A stretch of DNA of 62,231 nucleotides, the filler included, from Choristocarpus tenellus KU-1152 (taxonomy: Eukaryota > Protista > Phaeophyceae), in assembly GCA_964200185.2 (NCBI GenBank). It is 10 parts of 10 records of this genome, joined end to end, with 100 filler letters (N's around TTAATTAATTAA, not from the genome) between each part and the next. Parts side by side here need not be neighbours in the genome. Positions count along the whole stretch, not along the records: positions 30,270 to 43,630 come from CAXNAD020001512.1; positions 43,731 to 50,258 come from CAXNAD020007933.1; positions 50,359 to 58,099 come from CAXNAD020005653.1; 7 more parts are not named here. The stretch is one strand, 5' to 3'. The translations under genes and the position numbers were made by a program. Positions 39,625 through 53,300 of the stretch are shown here, piece after piece. The notes beneath the pieces are model-generated. The model searched no databases, had not been told where the DNA came from, and worked only from the letters and a program-made list of their open reading frames with translations. Positions within the stretch are counted from its first letter, which is position 1. Every line of letters starts with the position of its first letter.

Positions 39625-40388
39625 ATATACGGAATTGAAAATCCGTGTTACAGCATTTTTCTGGCTTGATACTGCATAAAGGTTGGCAGTTGGAGGGCTT
39701 ACTTACTCTGTGTAGTATTGTCGGTATGCCCATATACAGCTAGTAGCACTGTACTAATCACTGCGGTGAGATTTTGAAATCATCAAGAAGTTGATATTTC
39801 TGTCTGATCTTCATGTTATGCCCATACTTTGATGCCGATGAAGAGACTCCAGCGGAGTGCTGGAAGATAAAATCACAAAACAATTCAGGCGCGCCCCCTG
39901 TCTCTTTCCCCCATATATACTTAGACCCAGCAATTAAACCTCAGAATCCTTCGGGCAGAAGAACCGATAGATTGTGGGAACAGGCCCTACAATTTTTGCC
40001 TTGGTAGCAATGTCTTCCACTATTAATCTCAGCTGAAAGGACTTGCGCATCCCTCAACCACACATACAAGACTTCTTCATCCAAGAGTTGCTGAGCTTTC
40101 ATTCAAACCAGAGGTAAAATTGCATGACCTAGAAGTTTTGGCCTCAACATTTGCCGTAATAAATGACCTTTAGCAGCCCTTTGAACTTCTATATTCATTT
40201 GGTCCACATACCTCTTCCTAGTACAAATGTAGTGTGTTTTGAAACCATATTATCCTAAATTAATAGATATGAGCTTATAGGAATCTTCCTCATTCTTTGA
40301 ACCAGGAAATAACTGAAGCGGTGAAAACTTAGGATTGAAGTTTTCTAATGCACTACTTTACAATCATTGCTTGGTCGGGAGTTATACT

Positions 40389-40645
40389 GAGTGAAAGTAT
40401 CTTAGAGGGTACGAGTTTTGCCCTGTTTGTCCATTTGGGGCTTGATTTCCCTTGGGGTTTTTATGACATTTTCCTACTCCAAAATATATCGGAGTAGGAA
40501 AAATGTATACGTTATGAAAAGGTGGGTCTGGAACAAGGATATTGACACTTCCTAACAAACACCATAGTCAAAAATACATCAAAATCGCAACATTGGATTT
40601 TGGACCCCAAATGGACACGGCTCTACCCTCTAAGATACTTTGCCC
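40389..40645. mobile_element. MITE family A
   Basis: Both TIRs; flanks TACT/CACT. Confidence 0.9.
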
Positions 40646-40861
40646 CACTTCAAACCACCCTACCCTGTTACATTCAGGGACACACAATGTAGAGGAGGGA
40701 CAAAACTTCAGGACTTAAATACTGTACCATCAAGGATATAATTCTCTATTGTAGGCAATTCGATGTTCTTGAATGAGTGTTGGAACCAGGGTTTTATTTA
40801 GGGTTTCAGTTTAGTCGGCAGTACAGTATGACTGAGGAAATAAACTGTGGATGGGATATGT

Positions 40862-41152
40862 AGAGTTCCATGCGTTTTAAGCTGGAGTCACCACGGAGAT
40901 AGGCAAGGCAAGCAGGGGCTTGTTAGATTCTTTGGATGCTTCCCTAGCTCCTCACCCTGGGGTGCAGGAATAGCTCGGTTGGAGACACAGGAAGGCAGTG
41001 GCACAGCATAGCTGGTAGTAAAATAGCAAACAGATTAATGTTTTTCACATTTGTGGCAACCGTTATTTTTTTGGGGATTCTGACATGTGAATAGTTTTCA
41101 TTGGTTCTTCTACTGACACACCTGTAAAATATCGGAGGATATAATTATAAAA
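40862..41152 (+). mobile_element. 5'-truncated 3' end of CRE-like non-LTR retrotransposon
   Basis: Aligns to about 44545-44835; ends in ATATAATTATAAAATA. Confidence 0.72.
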
Positions 41153-41634
41153 TATGTCGAGTTTGCTATACTGCTAGGGTTAAATGCATACTGTAATGCC
41201 GTACCGTCAACCTCGAAATATTGCTATGGAATCCAGATTTTTCCAGAGTATTGTTAGTAGGCAACCCGCTGAGCTCTATACTTCTATTTTAAAAGTTGAC
41301 TATAACTAAATGGTGTAATGGTGTGAATACGCCATTCGAAGAAGCGAAAAGTTTCAATTCTCTTGCCATGAAATAATTTTGCAGATAAAGTCGGGTAGTA
41401 ACATATAGCACAGGCGCAGCAAATCAAGGCACAACCAACCTTCCAATGACCGAGTTGAACAAACTCGACATCTCCGAACTATAACCCAACTGCGACCATT
41501 AATTCTGAAGCACATCATTATTGACAAAGATTGAATACATTGGCCAATATTGATACAGTGAACAAGATGCCTCACATCACAAAGTCGTACACAGACCTCA
41601 TTTCCTCCATGGACAGTGGAGAAGCTTTGGGTAG

Positions 41635-41893
41635 GAGCCAGAGTATCTTAGAGGGTAGCAACGTGTCCATTTGGGCGTCAAAATCTAATGTAACGATTTT
41701 GATGTAATTTTGGTCATCGTGTTTGTTAGGAAGTGTCAATATCTACGTTTCGGACACACCTTTTCAAAAAGTATATATTTCACCTGCTCCTATACATTTT
41801 GGAGAGGAAAATGTCATAAAAAACCCCGACAGAAACCCAAACCCCAAATGGACAAACAGGGCAAAACTCGTACCCTCTAAGATACTTTCATTC
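41635..41893. mobile_element. MITE family A
   Basis: Both TIRs; perfect GTAG TSD. Confidence 0.92.
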
Positions 41894-41939
41894 GTAGGCA
41901 ACAAGGAGAACAATTCCTGGGTAAACTGTGAAGGGGTTT

Positions 41940-42196
41940 GACACAAAGCATTAAAGAGGGTAGGAGTATTGCCCAGTTTGTCCATTCGGGGCTTGGCTTC
42001 CCAAAGGTTTTTTATGACAGTTACCTACTTCAAAATGTTTCAGAGTAGGTAAAATGTGTAGGACTATGAAAGGTGTGTCTGGAATAAGGATACTGACACT
42101 TCCTAACAAACACAATAGTCAAAATTACATCGAAATCGCAACATTGGATTTGGCACCCAAACGGACGCCGCCCAGCCCTCTAAGATACTTTGACTC
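41940..42196. mobile_element. MITE family A with one subfamily-type end
   Basis: Left GACACAAAGCATTAAAGAGGGTAG, right CCCTCTAAGATACTTTGACTC. Confidence 0.85.
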
Positions 42197-43385
42197 TTTG
42201 ATAGAAAAGGAGGAGCATTAAACTAGAATTTGCTCTACCTTGTATCAGTGGCGGCACAATATCGCTCCATTGTATCATACACACCCACCTGGTGGCCCCT
42301 CCTTGAGGACCAAATGGGATCAGACAGGATGTTCTGGAAATTTCCCTTTGCTTCTGAGGCAGTCCTATGTAGACCTAGCAGAACACTCATACTTCAAAAT
42401 CGTGAACTCTTTCTCTGTCTGCCCCTAGTGCAGAATTGTTTCAAATATGGCTTCTAATCGTAGACTGCAGCACAGAATATCAAGATGTGAAAAAATGAGA
42501 CTATCTATCCACTGAACTGATATAAACATTGAATGCAATTAAAAACTATTTACAGTCACAACTCCAGTCTCGACCTGGTCAAAGTATCTGGCATGTCGGC
42601 AAGGCGCATAATCCACAATTGCAAAACGAAGACCCACTTCAGCCTAGGGCCGATTTACAGGATGAAGTATATTAACAAAGTGGTAATTAACTGGTACATG
42701 TCAGTAAGTACACACCTTCCAATATTTTTATGGTGTTAGCCTACTGCTACTTGTGCCTGTAGTGATGCCAGGGAGAAAAGGTTGATATGATCCACCATTC
42801 CACACGAGGCTACTCATCTACTTTGTCGAGAGACCCCAACCTAAATTCTTCCTAGCAATGTGTTAAAACTGTCGTAGTAGTTGGGTCATACAACCGTTTG
42901 TTGTGATATAAAAGTTGAGGTTCAAGTTTGTATATCAAACTTCAACCTGAGGGCCTAGATATCAATTTCATAGAACAAATCATCCTGAGATTACAAATTA
43001 TCACCAGTCAGAAGTTCCTGCAACGCTCTGTGACCACCACTGAAAGGTGCATTTTTGTGCAAATGAGTAGGTCATTCAAGATCTCCAAACGATTTAAGGA
43101 CGAGCATTCCATGATCACAGACAAGGAGCCAAACCCATTGAGATGTTGATAAGGTTGCATTTTAAGGATCCCGAGAAAGGGCAAGAAGCGCCATTTTCTA
43201 CAATAATAGAAAGAGGCTTCACTTCATTGTGGTAGGCTTCACTTCATTGTGGTGTCACTTTGTGCGTGGAAAGGGGGATTATCAATTTTGTGTACACTAT
43301 TGTGCACATAAATCAATGAGATAGAGTGTTGCACAGGGCAAGAAAGATGGCTTAGAATGCAAAAAGGGTCCAAACCTGCCTACCT

Positions 43386-43630
43386 GAGTGAAAGTATCTT
43401 AGAGGGTACGAGTTTTGCCCTGTTTGTCCATTTGGGGCTTGGCTTCCCATTGGTTCTTTTTGACATTTTCCTAGTCCAAAATGTTTAGGAGTAGGTACAG
43501 TACGTATGTTATGAACAGGTGTGTCCAACACATAGATATTGACATTTCCTAACAAACATGATAGTCAACTTTATATCAAAATGACAACATTGGATTTTGG
43601 TTCCCAAATGGACACGGCTCTACCCTCTAA
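43386..43630. mobile_element. MITE family A, truncated by gap
   Basis: Left TIR intact; the right TIR runs into Ns. Confidence 0.88.
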
Positions 43631-43730
43631 NNNNNNNNNNNNNNNNNNNNNNNNNNNNNNNNNNNNNNNNNNNNTTAATTAATTAANNNNNNNNNNNNNN
43701 NNNNNNNNNNNNNNNNNNNNNNNNNNNNNN

Positions 43731-43955
43731 CATTCCGCTTGCTTGCCAAGGCGCCCAAAACTTTCCACCGCAATGGTGTTGAGGTTATAGCTATGAGGAT
43801 CAAAGGAACCCTCATAGTGGGTGCACTTTCGCGCCTCGGCTGCAGCAGCAGCTACACCATTGCTGGTGAATGAGCAAGTTCGGTGGGAGGTTGCCTGTAC
43901 CTCTGCGAAGATGGCATCTAGCAGAAGACCTTTATCCCTGTAGGGAGCTGTTCCA
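43731..43955 (-). mobile_element. CRE-like LINE restriction-like endonuclease fragment
   Basis: Minus strand DKGLLLDAIFAEVQATSHRTCSFTSNGVAAAAAEARKCTHYEGSFDPHSYNLNTIAVESFGRLGKQAE, paralogous to 44220-44420. Confidence 0.82.
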
Positions 43956-44109
43956 GCGTATTATATTCTACCAGTGGTATGTGCATGTATTAGCGGTATA
44001 TCTTATAGCGCCAAACTGATCCGTTCCGTTGATCTTCAAATATTTGGTTGTTGGTACTTTCCGATTTATCCTCAAAATCAGTGTGCCGAGGATTTTTTGG
44101 TTATTTTCT

Positions 44110-44835
44110 TCTCTGCATCTCATGTTGCCCACACACAATACAGTGGACCGAAATTTCCGTATGGATCTGATCTTCCATGCTGGGGCACTTACGGACTCCG
44201 GATCAGCTCCCTACTGGGACAAAAGACCTTCTAGATGTTACGTTTGCAGAAGTGCAAGTAACCTCCGATCTGCCACACTCATTCACCATCAATGGTGTAG
44301 CTGTCACTGAAGCTGAGGCGAGAAAGCATACCCACCACGAGGGTTCTTTTGACCCTCGTAGTTTTAACCTCAACTCCTTCACAGTGGAAATTTTCGGATG
44401 CCTCGGTAAGCAAACAGAAAGTTTTCTGGATGAGTTGGCTACGCACACGGTAGGAGGGAGAGGGGTGGGAGGCTACAGGAGGAAAGGAGCTATCAAATCT
44501 CGTCTAGAGCAAATTGTGTTCGACCCAAAACAAGTGGCTCTATCTAGACGTGCCATGCGTTAAAGACGGAGACACCAGGGAGATAGGCAAGGAAGAGCTT
44601 GTTATATTTTTGGGATGCTTCCCTAACTCCTCACCCTAGGTTGAGGCCAAAGCTAGGTTGGAGGCACAGGAGGAGGGCAGTGGTGTAGCATAGCTGGTAG
44701 TAAAATAATAGTAACTAGATGATAGAAAAATATCTTTCACATTTACGACAACTGTTACTTTTTCAAGGGTTGTTCTGACATTTGAATGGTTGTTAATTGG
44801 TTTTCCCCTGACACATATGCAAAATGTCAGATGGC
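44110..44835 (+). mobile_element. CRE-like non-LTR retrotransposon 3' fragment (RLE domain and 3' UTR), frameshifted
   Basis: RMDLIF...LLDVT...AEARKHTHH...TVEIFGCLGKQTESFLDEL matches the R-x-D...D-V-T...E-x2-K...VE-x-FG-x-LG pattern of RLE domains. Confidence 0.82.
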
Positions 44836-46073
44836 AAAAGAAAGAGTAAAACGCTAGGTATGCTACCATGACACTTGTACCTCATAGTACTCAAACTCTG
44901 CATTTGGCTTAACGTTCCAGTGATAAAATTCACTCGTCCCTCTTCTGTCGAAATACTCGGTATAAATTACTTGCTTCTTTGATTTATTAAACAAAAACAA
45001 AAGGTCACACACGCATGCGAAATGTAACCTAATGCTACACACAACACATTATCGCATCACTGTGCTTACTCGGTGGTTGCCAGATTGTTGTGCATCATAC
45101 CAGAAAAAATGAGGATTGATTGGTTTGAGGGGTACTGGCATACTACTTAGCAGACACCTATTATGGCATCCCACTATCCAGGTGGTGCCATCGCGAAGTG
45201 ACTTTCCTCCTGTTGACTCAATATTTCTTGTAAAATTTGGTTCCTCCTACATGAGCACGACAACAGGGTGAATATAGAAAAGTATCCCTGCGTATGTATG
45301 TATGTATTCGTCGGTTTGATGTATTATTTCGTGAGCTTATGAACACCAAATGAATGTTCTCCGAGGGACTCTGGTCCCATCTTGAAAACTTACTCTGTAA
45401 ACTGGTTGACATCGGCCGTAGTCACTGTTTGACACGCATGTGTCCTTTCTTGGGTATTTAGTTTCTATTACTCAGGATATTTGAAACCGACAACCTATGT
45501 ATACGCCTCCCAAAATGTTATAAACTTTCTCACTTCTTCAAACTCTATTGCCATCTCACATCCACCTCACCACCCACGACACCCACGACACCCACGACAC
45601 GATTGTCTGAATTCTGAAGGTATGCCATTTTTCGCTATCCTGTTTGTGTGATGGCAGCGTAAGTGCCCTCGGGGACTGATATGGCAATGGATCAAGCAGA
45701 CGCTTAAACCCACACTGAATCATACCCAATTTATGGTACCTTTGTGCATGTTGTTTTTTGCTCTCGTACACAGGTCATTGAAGGCAGTAAAGGAAAGAGA
45801 TATAATATCAGATGTTCTGAATAACTGCAGTTAAATTTGACTTGATGCCTTGTCCTCACTTTTTTGAAAGGGCTTGCTGTCACGCGGTATCAAACCATGC
45901 ACTTACATCGGCAATCAACTACATCAATCCCTCACACGTTCGTTTTCCGACACCAGCTTGAAGCCCGCTGCTCCGTCTGCGTTACAACAACACCCAGTAG
46001 CTCGAACACTTTACTCTGGCTGGGTCATAAACTGGGTCTTTGGGTGCGGTAAAAAGGCCACTGTCTGGCCAAT

Positions 46074-49000
46074 ATGGACAAGCACAGCTTTGAGGAGGAC
46101 ATGAAGGGGATGGCCGTGTGCGCCAAGTGTTTGGAGGAGGGTCGGTCGCTTCTCAAGTGCACGGGCTGTCGGATGGTGCTTTATTGCTGCAAAGAGCACC
46201 AGGTGGTGCACTGGCCGGAGCACAAGGGCTACTGCAAGGAGATGAGGTTTGTGTTTACGAAGTGGTGTTGGACAAATCTTGTAGGTAGGCGAGTTTGAAG
46301 GCGGTCGCCCACAACATAGGGCGACCTCTTTTGGGGCAAGTGTTCATGTTCATGCTTTATTTCTGCAATAGTTGGATGAATGACACATCAACCACCTTTT
46401 GCAATTGGCCTGTATTCCCCGGTATCAACTTGTACCGACTACTTGTCAGTGTGGCAACTTCAACCTGATTTCCAACTCATCCAACCCTGTAAACCCAATC
46501 AGTTACTTCACAATGCAGCACTAAATGGAGGTACCTTCCTCCATCTATGTATAATTCGACACCCTTATCTGATTCAAAACCATAACATCAATCCTTCAGC
46601 TTTCTACTTCAAACCCCCCACACTACCTTCTTCACTGGTTTTATGGTGTCTGATTGTAACACTTGTAGAGATGACATACCCAATTCCACGTGGAATATGG
46701 GCCAACCACCTCAAGTTTTGTTTTTCATCTTAAATCATCCGCCTGAAAGTCCTACCTGCTGCCTTACCTTCGTTATGAGTGGCTCACTTCCGGTGGTAGC
46801 TGTAGTGTCATGACGGGAACAGGAGTGGTGAGAGGCTTCCTAAACGATGGACAGCTTGTAAGTAAAGACAGATTTTTTTTTTTCTTTGTTGTCGTATCGA
46901 ATTAGCGCTCCGATATTATTTTCGCACCTTCGTATGCAGTAATCGGAATTTTGGGCTGTTGCGGTCATACATTTGGCAGTAGCGAGACACGAGTCATTGC
47001 CGTTGTCAACTAATTTTTGTCGTCAAGAACGAAATTATAATTGCAGCTGCAACCTTTGCTAAGGTTTAGGTTAGGGTTTGCTGCACTTCTAAGTTCAGAA
47101 GAAGAACGATTTCCAATGTCGAGTACGAGACATCACAGACAAATAGATCAACTCCAGCAACAGACATGTCGAGACGGTGAACACTATTTATAGGGGCAGT
47201 CCTTTGCTTCAACTATTGATAAACTACCGACAGATGCTAAAATAGAGATGGCTGTGTGGACAGTGCATGTGTCTGTGTGTCTGTGTGTGTGATGGTTTGG
47301 ATGATGGAGTGAAAAAATTCCAAGACTATGTTTTCCTCATGTGTGGCATCCCTCGTTGCACCTTACGTTTCACTTTTTTGCTTGAGCACATTATTAGTAC
47401 CAAACAGTGTGTGAGTATTATTAGGTACAGTCCAGTATTTGTCTGAATCCAAGCTCACACCCTTGGTCTTCATATCACAAAAGCATAGTCCCTGACTCTA
47501 ACCCTAAACCTAGCCTTATTAACAATACTAGATTGCCTGGTATGAACCTTTTCAGCACTTCAGGGTGCTGAATTTTCATGAGAGACAAGGAATTGAGACA
47601 GTCTTGAACTGAAGTCTACCTTATCCATAGTGCTCAGTAATGTCTGCGTAGTACTCAGGAGTACAAGCCTTGAAGGATAAAATGGAAAAACACATCCCAT
47701 CCGAACTCTGTGCATTTCATGGCACTTAAATCTTTTCTTTTTTGGACAATGTTCCAACGTTATTGAATCAAGTAGCCCCACAAGTCATTGGCCATGTTTT
47801 TTTACACGATTTAACCTTCTCCTCCTGAGCAGCCAGCATTTCATATTCTTAGAGTCATTGCAAACAACCAGACCACATGTGGTCACTATTTCAGAGTATC
47901 GTTAAGAAAAAGTCCTGAAGAGCTCTAACACGCTCTACCTCCCCCACCCCCCTACCCTACCTCCCCTGCCCACAACTAATACGAACAAAGAGAAGTGCAG
48001 TGTGAGGGCCCAATGCAAAATGTGTGGGGAGGTGGGGGGGGGGGGGGAATCATTGTATCTACACTACATCAGCCTACATACATACTTGGTGTGAAATAGC
48101 CGATTTTTGGTTGTGATGATGTTACCACAGGATCTGCGCACCCTGCAATATCCCCTCCCTATCACTGCCGTGAAAAAAAGTAGTGATGATTAGATTTGTG
48201 ACTTGCAATATAATCGATTCAGTTCTTGTCAGTTAATTGCGATTAGATTGTCTGGGTTGTGGCATGTAGTTCGTGACCAGCAATGGGTGTAGGTGTGGCA
48301 AGGTAGGCCTCCAGAGTGGTGAGGGGGCCTCGCCAGACGTGAGCATCGCACACATGCCTTCACTTAATCAGGAGAGTACTATCCACCCTCCAAGCTGCAG
48401 GTGTGACTCTCAAACCGTCTAAATTGCAGTTTGGATCGAGGAAGATCACATACCTTAGACGTACTGTCAGTCCTGAATGTATTGCTGTCAGTCAGTCAAG
48501 AATGGCGGCAATCAATCAATAGTAGTAGTGTTAATAATAATAATAATACTCCAGTCGGACTCAAGCAGGTTGTCGCATGCGATAAAATCATGAAGTTTTG
48601 GAGTGTAACACACACAGATGATGCGTAGAATATAGTCGAACAATCCGCATAGAAAGTATTCGGTCTTCAGTTGTTCACGATTAATCGTATGGTATTCAGT
48701 TTTCAGTTGTTCGCGATTAATCGTATGGTATTCAGTTTTCAGTTTTCAGTTTTTCACGATTAATCGTACGGTATTCAGTTTTCAGTTTTCAGTTTTTCAC
48801 GATTAATCATATGCGACTGGTTATGATCGTGGCGCTGGTTCACAACTCCAGCGATAATAGTGGTAATGATTCTCAGTGTTTACGGCAGCTTGGGCATCAC
48901 TCCCACATTGCCACTCCCCTGGAATATGTAAGGAGCTTACCCTGTCCCCACATAGCCCTCCCTCCGCTGTTAGTACTTCGCCAGTACATGCAGTTGACCC

Positions 49001-50258
49001 GGAGCACTCATAAGGGTTAGGGCTGCATCCGTTCGGGGTCATCGATCCAACGTTGCAATTTCGATGAATTTTGGCTATCGTGTTTGTTAGCAAGTGTCGA
49101 TATCCCCTGCTCCAGACACACCTTTCATGACCCTGCACACATCTACCTGCGCCTACTCCTCCGAAGTCTGAAACGTTCACGCAGGAAAGGTGTGGAAAGC
49201 CAAGCACCAAACAAACGAAGTAGGGCAAAACTCCTACCCTCTTAAATACTTTGGGTCAGTTGATAGCTTGCCCTAACCCTATATATATATATATATATAT
49301 GCATTTTTGTACAGTGATCAGACCTATGACAAATGCTTCGCGACTGTTTCCACAGGAAATGTGAAGGAGCCTCCGCCTCCGTGGTCCCTGCGCCTTCCAC
49401 ACTGCCGCCCGAGACACCCCTCCTCCCTCAACGCAGTGGAGATCCATCTCCCTCAGTGGATGCAACAGAGACGTATGTATCTGTGTGTGATGGCACTGGT
49501 GTGTTCTCCGTTCTTGGAATGTTCTGGAAGGGGGGTAGCAAAGCCAAGCTGTGCTGCCTGACGATTCGCCTCGGTCAGGTATTTGTCTGGGGGGGTTTTT
49601 GCTTATTGTTATTTTTTTGTATTAGGGTTAGGGGGTTATGGAGGTGTAGACTTGTTTTTTTTTTATGTGTTTGACTACGCGCGTGTGGTCTCATGATGTA
49701 AATGGAAATGTTGTGTTAACTCACCACCTGCCAGCGGTGGTGATTGTTGGGAAGTGGTCTGGTTATGGTTATGTGCGAGCGTCAAGGCGCCTTTGCGTGT
49801 GAGGGTGTGTGAGGTGTGATCATGACCACCTTCTCAGGGGAGAAGACTGACGAATGTAAAGGAGGACAGTAGAGCATGATGTGATTGATGTACTACTCCT
49901 TGTCACTATCCTATATACATACATACATACATACATACATACATACATACATACATACATACATACATACATACATACATACAATACAATACAAACATCC
50001 CTAACCCTGAGCAGGGAGTGTCAGCATCCCTGGTGGTGGACCTACCTGATTGGATGTACAGGACCCGTGCGGCCGCCATCAAGACGCTCACTGTCCGAAC
50101 CATGGCAGATTTTGTCAGGGTTTCCCCGCAAGTGGCGTCTGCTATTGTGATAGGAGAGACAACAAAAGGAATACACCCCCATGCCAGTGGCACAGACACA
50201 GCAGATAGGCAGCATAGCCTGGGGAAAGGAGGCGAAGGGCAAGATGTTGGGGGCGTGG
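46074..50258 (+). CDS. MYND-type zinc finger protein (first exon secure, downstream exons tentative)
   Basis: Exon 46074-46246 encodes CAKC-x8-CTGC-x4-YCCKEHQVVHWPEHKGYC, ending AG|GTTTGT. Candidate exon 49356-49472 is phase-compatible; the frame of the exon from 50015 is ambiguous. Confidence 0.75.
48657..48810. repeat. Four-copy 36-43-bp tandem repeat with a CGATTAATCG palindrome
   Basis: Unit GGTATTCAG(TTTTCAG)1-2 TT(G/T)TTC(A/G)CGATTAATCGTA. Confidence 0.85.
48996..49257. mobile_element. MITE family A, divergent subfamily
   Basis: GACCC...GGGTC termini; perfect AGTT TSD. Confidence 0.85.
49916..49983. repeat. (TACA)n microsatellite
   Basis: About 17 perfect tetranucleotide units. Confidence 0.95.
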
Positions 50259-50358
50259 NNNNNNNNNNNNNNNNNNNNNNNNNNNNNNNNNNNNNNNNNN
50301 NNTTAATTAATTAANNNNNNNNNNNNNNNNNNNNNNNNNNNNNNNNNNNNNNNNNNNN

Positions 50359-53300
50359 TCAAGGGTGGATCTGGCGTTGGCTGAAGAGGGGGGGGATCAT
50401 CATCCACATCCACAGGAAGCCCAGGCAGAGAATTATGCACTTCTTCATTGTCTCCATCTCCCTCTCTATCTCCCTCTCCATCTCCTGCATGACCCTCCCG
50501 CCCCCCACTTCCAAGGCCATTGCCACTACTGTGAACACCTATTGCCTCCCCAGCAAATGATTCCTCCCCTGGCACCCCTGCACCATCTCCTTCCAACAAC
50601 TGAGTCTCCTTTGCTCTGCCCGTTGCATCCCCACTCCCACCCCCCGCTGCCCCCAGCCCCAGGGTCAACCCTGAGGCCTGCAGTGAGCCCACGGTTCCCT
50701 GGAATATATCCGACTCCTTAGTCCAGAGGCAGAAGAAAATGTTGTAGAGGCAGTGAAGGAGAGGAGGGGGGAGGCAAGTAAAACACACAGATGCATTGGG
50801 GCTATGTTTGCATTTTAAGGCAAAGTCCAGCACATGATAAAGTCATGATAGAGTCAACTCAGACTTCGATTGCACGGGTTTGTAGTTGATGGAATGAGAT
50901 ATGATACATGCTGCATGATGCATGATACATGATACAAAGGAAAAATTGAGCGTCTAAAGGTCAAGTATGGAGCACCTTGCCCAGTCCAACAGGAAATCGT
51001 TTGATAAATTGCAATTGACAAATTCAACCAGAAGCAGCAGCATTTGCACCATTGAGTGCACCCTATCCCCTAGCCCTAACCGAATCGATCCTTCAACCCA
51101 TCAACCACAGCTACAAAAATCACCCCTGAGCCTTCAGGGCTGACCTGCCCAATGCCCATAATACTACAGCTCCATTGCAGTCTCCCACATCACATCTTGG
51201 TGTACATAAAATACTGCACCACATGTAACAACTTGGCAACCACCACTACAGCCTATCCAGTTATGTCACACCATGCATTACGCCAAGAATCAACTGTAAC
51301 AAATAAACAAAATAATTAACGCATTCAAAGAGACTCATCCCTGCAATTGTCCTGCTAATATAATCAAGGCAACACCTTGAATACAACCCTTGTAATAAAA
51401 ATTACTCAACAGAAACAACCTCTTCAGTAACATCCACAAATGCGTGGAATAGGACTACACTTACGATTAACTAAAAAAAGGCTTCAAGTTTAGGACTTTC
51501 AAAGAGCCTCCTTTGTCGGTTCAACCAAGAACAAATTTCCAAGCCAAGCCCTTTTATGAGTGGCACACAGTGACATTTTTTTTTTCACATAGTACACTAG
51601 TACAGCATATTGTATTTATTAATTCGCTCTCATTGTAGTCTATATATTCTCTAACAAACACCAACACAGACGGAGGTCCAACAATGACAACTATTACTAC
51701 ATGTCCAATTACAACAATCTTCACCAATGTGAGTTCAACAGCATCAAACCAGCGCCCATATTACAACTATCGAACTGATGATCTCTCTCAATTTTATTTT
51801 GTATTTCAAAAGTATTAGTTTGAACATTTTTCCTCTCTGCATCTTATGACACACTACACAATTCAAACAGTCCTTATCACCGCTTTTCCCTTCTCCTGCA
51901 GACAGGTCATGCCCAATCTGATACGCCTTCTAACACAGATACAATAAAAGTACTGTGTACACAAATGTCATGCTCAAGCAGTACACACTAAAAAAAAACA
52001 CAAGAAATATTGTCCGACTGCCCTATAACCTACAACTATTTGTTTTCAAATTTCAAAAACAATGCAGAACTTTCTTTTACATCATCAATCAGTGCCAATC
52101 AGTGTCAATCAGTGTCAAACATTGTCTCACCTGCAGCAAAGATAAAAAATCCTCAGCTGATGTTGTCCTCGATCCCCTAAAAACATTTGGACTCTCAGAC
52201 AGCACTCGCTTCAAAAAGTTCCCTGCCCCCCCCCCCTCCCCCTCCTCTACATGGCTCAGTCCAGATGAAATGCCAGATCTTTCAGTGTGTCCTGTTCTGG
52301 TAACCATGTTATTCGAAAACATCTCAGAAGGCAGGGGAGGGGTGCCCTGTGCAGCATTCACATCAGCCCCATCTGTTGCCGACAAGCCGCTTGAACTGGC
52401 CCTTACTACCAACGCAGCATGGTGCTGTGATTCCATCACTGCCGATGCCCAGCTCTGCAACATACAAAAAATATATATGAAAATCTAAAAAAAAGAATAC
52501 CGGTCTAAAATTTAGTTTATACAGGCTCCAGTGCGCACACACTGGCCTGTCTACTTCCAAGAGAAACAGGAGATTATCACCTGCTGAATATATGCCCTAG
52601 GTCCACTAGTCAATAGGCGAGTAGAGTAAGAGGTATACCTTTATTACTGTAAGATGAAACAATATGCGCTATCACCGGTTTATTACACAGTCTTTCCATA
52701 ACACCAACAAAATATCAAACAGATTAAATTCCCTGACAAAAAAAAAGATCACACAAAGACACAAAGCCATCACTACAAAATGACTTTCATGGACATCGTC
52801 CACAGCAAACCCAACTATGCATGGTCCCCTTCCCCACAAAAGACAGCACCCACCTGCTGCTACACCATCACTCATCTCCCACAAAAACACCACCAAAAGC
52901 CATATTTCATCTACAAAAAATCAGATACCTCCAAATTTTCATTAAATATGAACGAATGTATGTATGATTTTTTTTCTTCTTCTAAATAAGCTAATATTTC
53001 AGAACAATTACTCAGATTTATCCACACACCTGCAAGTCACTTATGCTTCCAAAACTACCTCGAGCAAACGGATTTCCGGGGCCGGGAGTCCCAGCAAAGC
53101 TTCCTGGGCTTCCCACACTTCCTCCTCCTCCCCCTCCAGTACCTCCTACCCAAATGTCAGTAATAGTCAGTGTCACTTTGTATCATTGAAAGGATTGGCT
53201 AGATTAAAAAATCTCAGCCCCGCCAACTTCAACCCATTTCTGATTGCACTCTTATTCATTAACTGTATAATTCATTTATGATACAGTTCGTATCAGCAGC

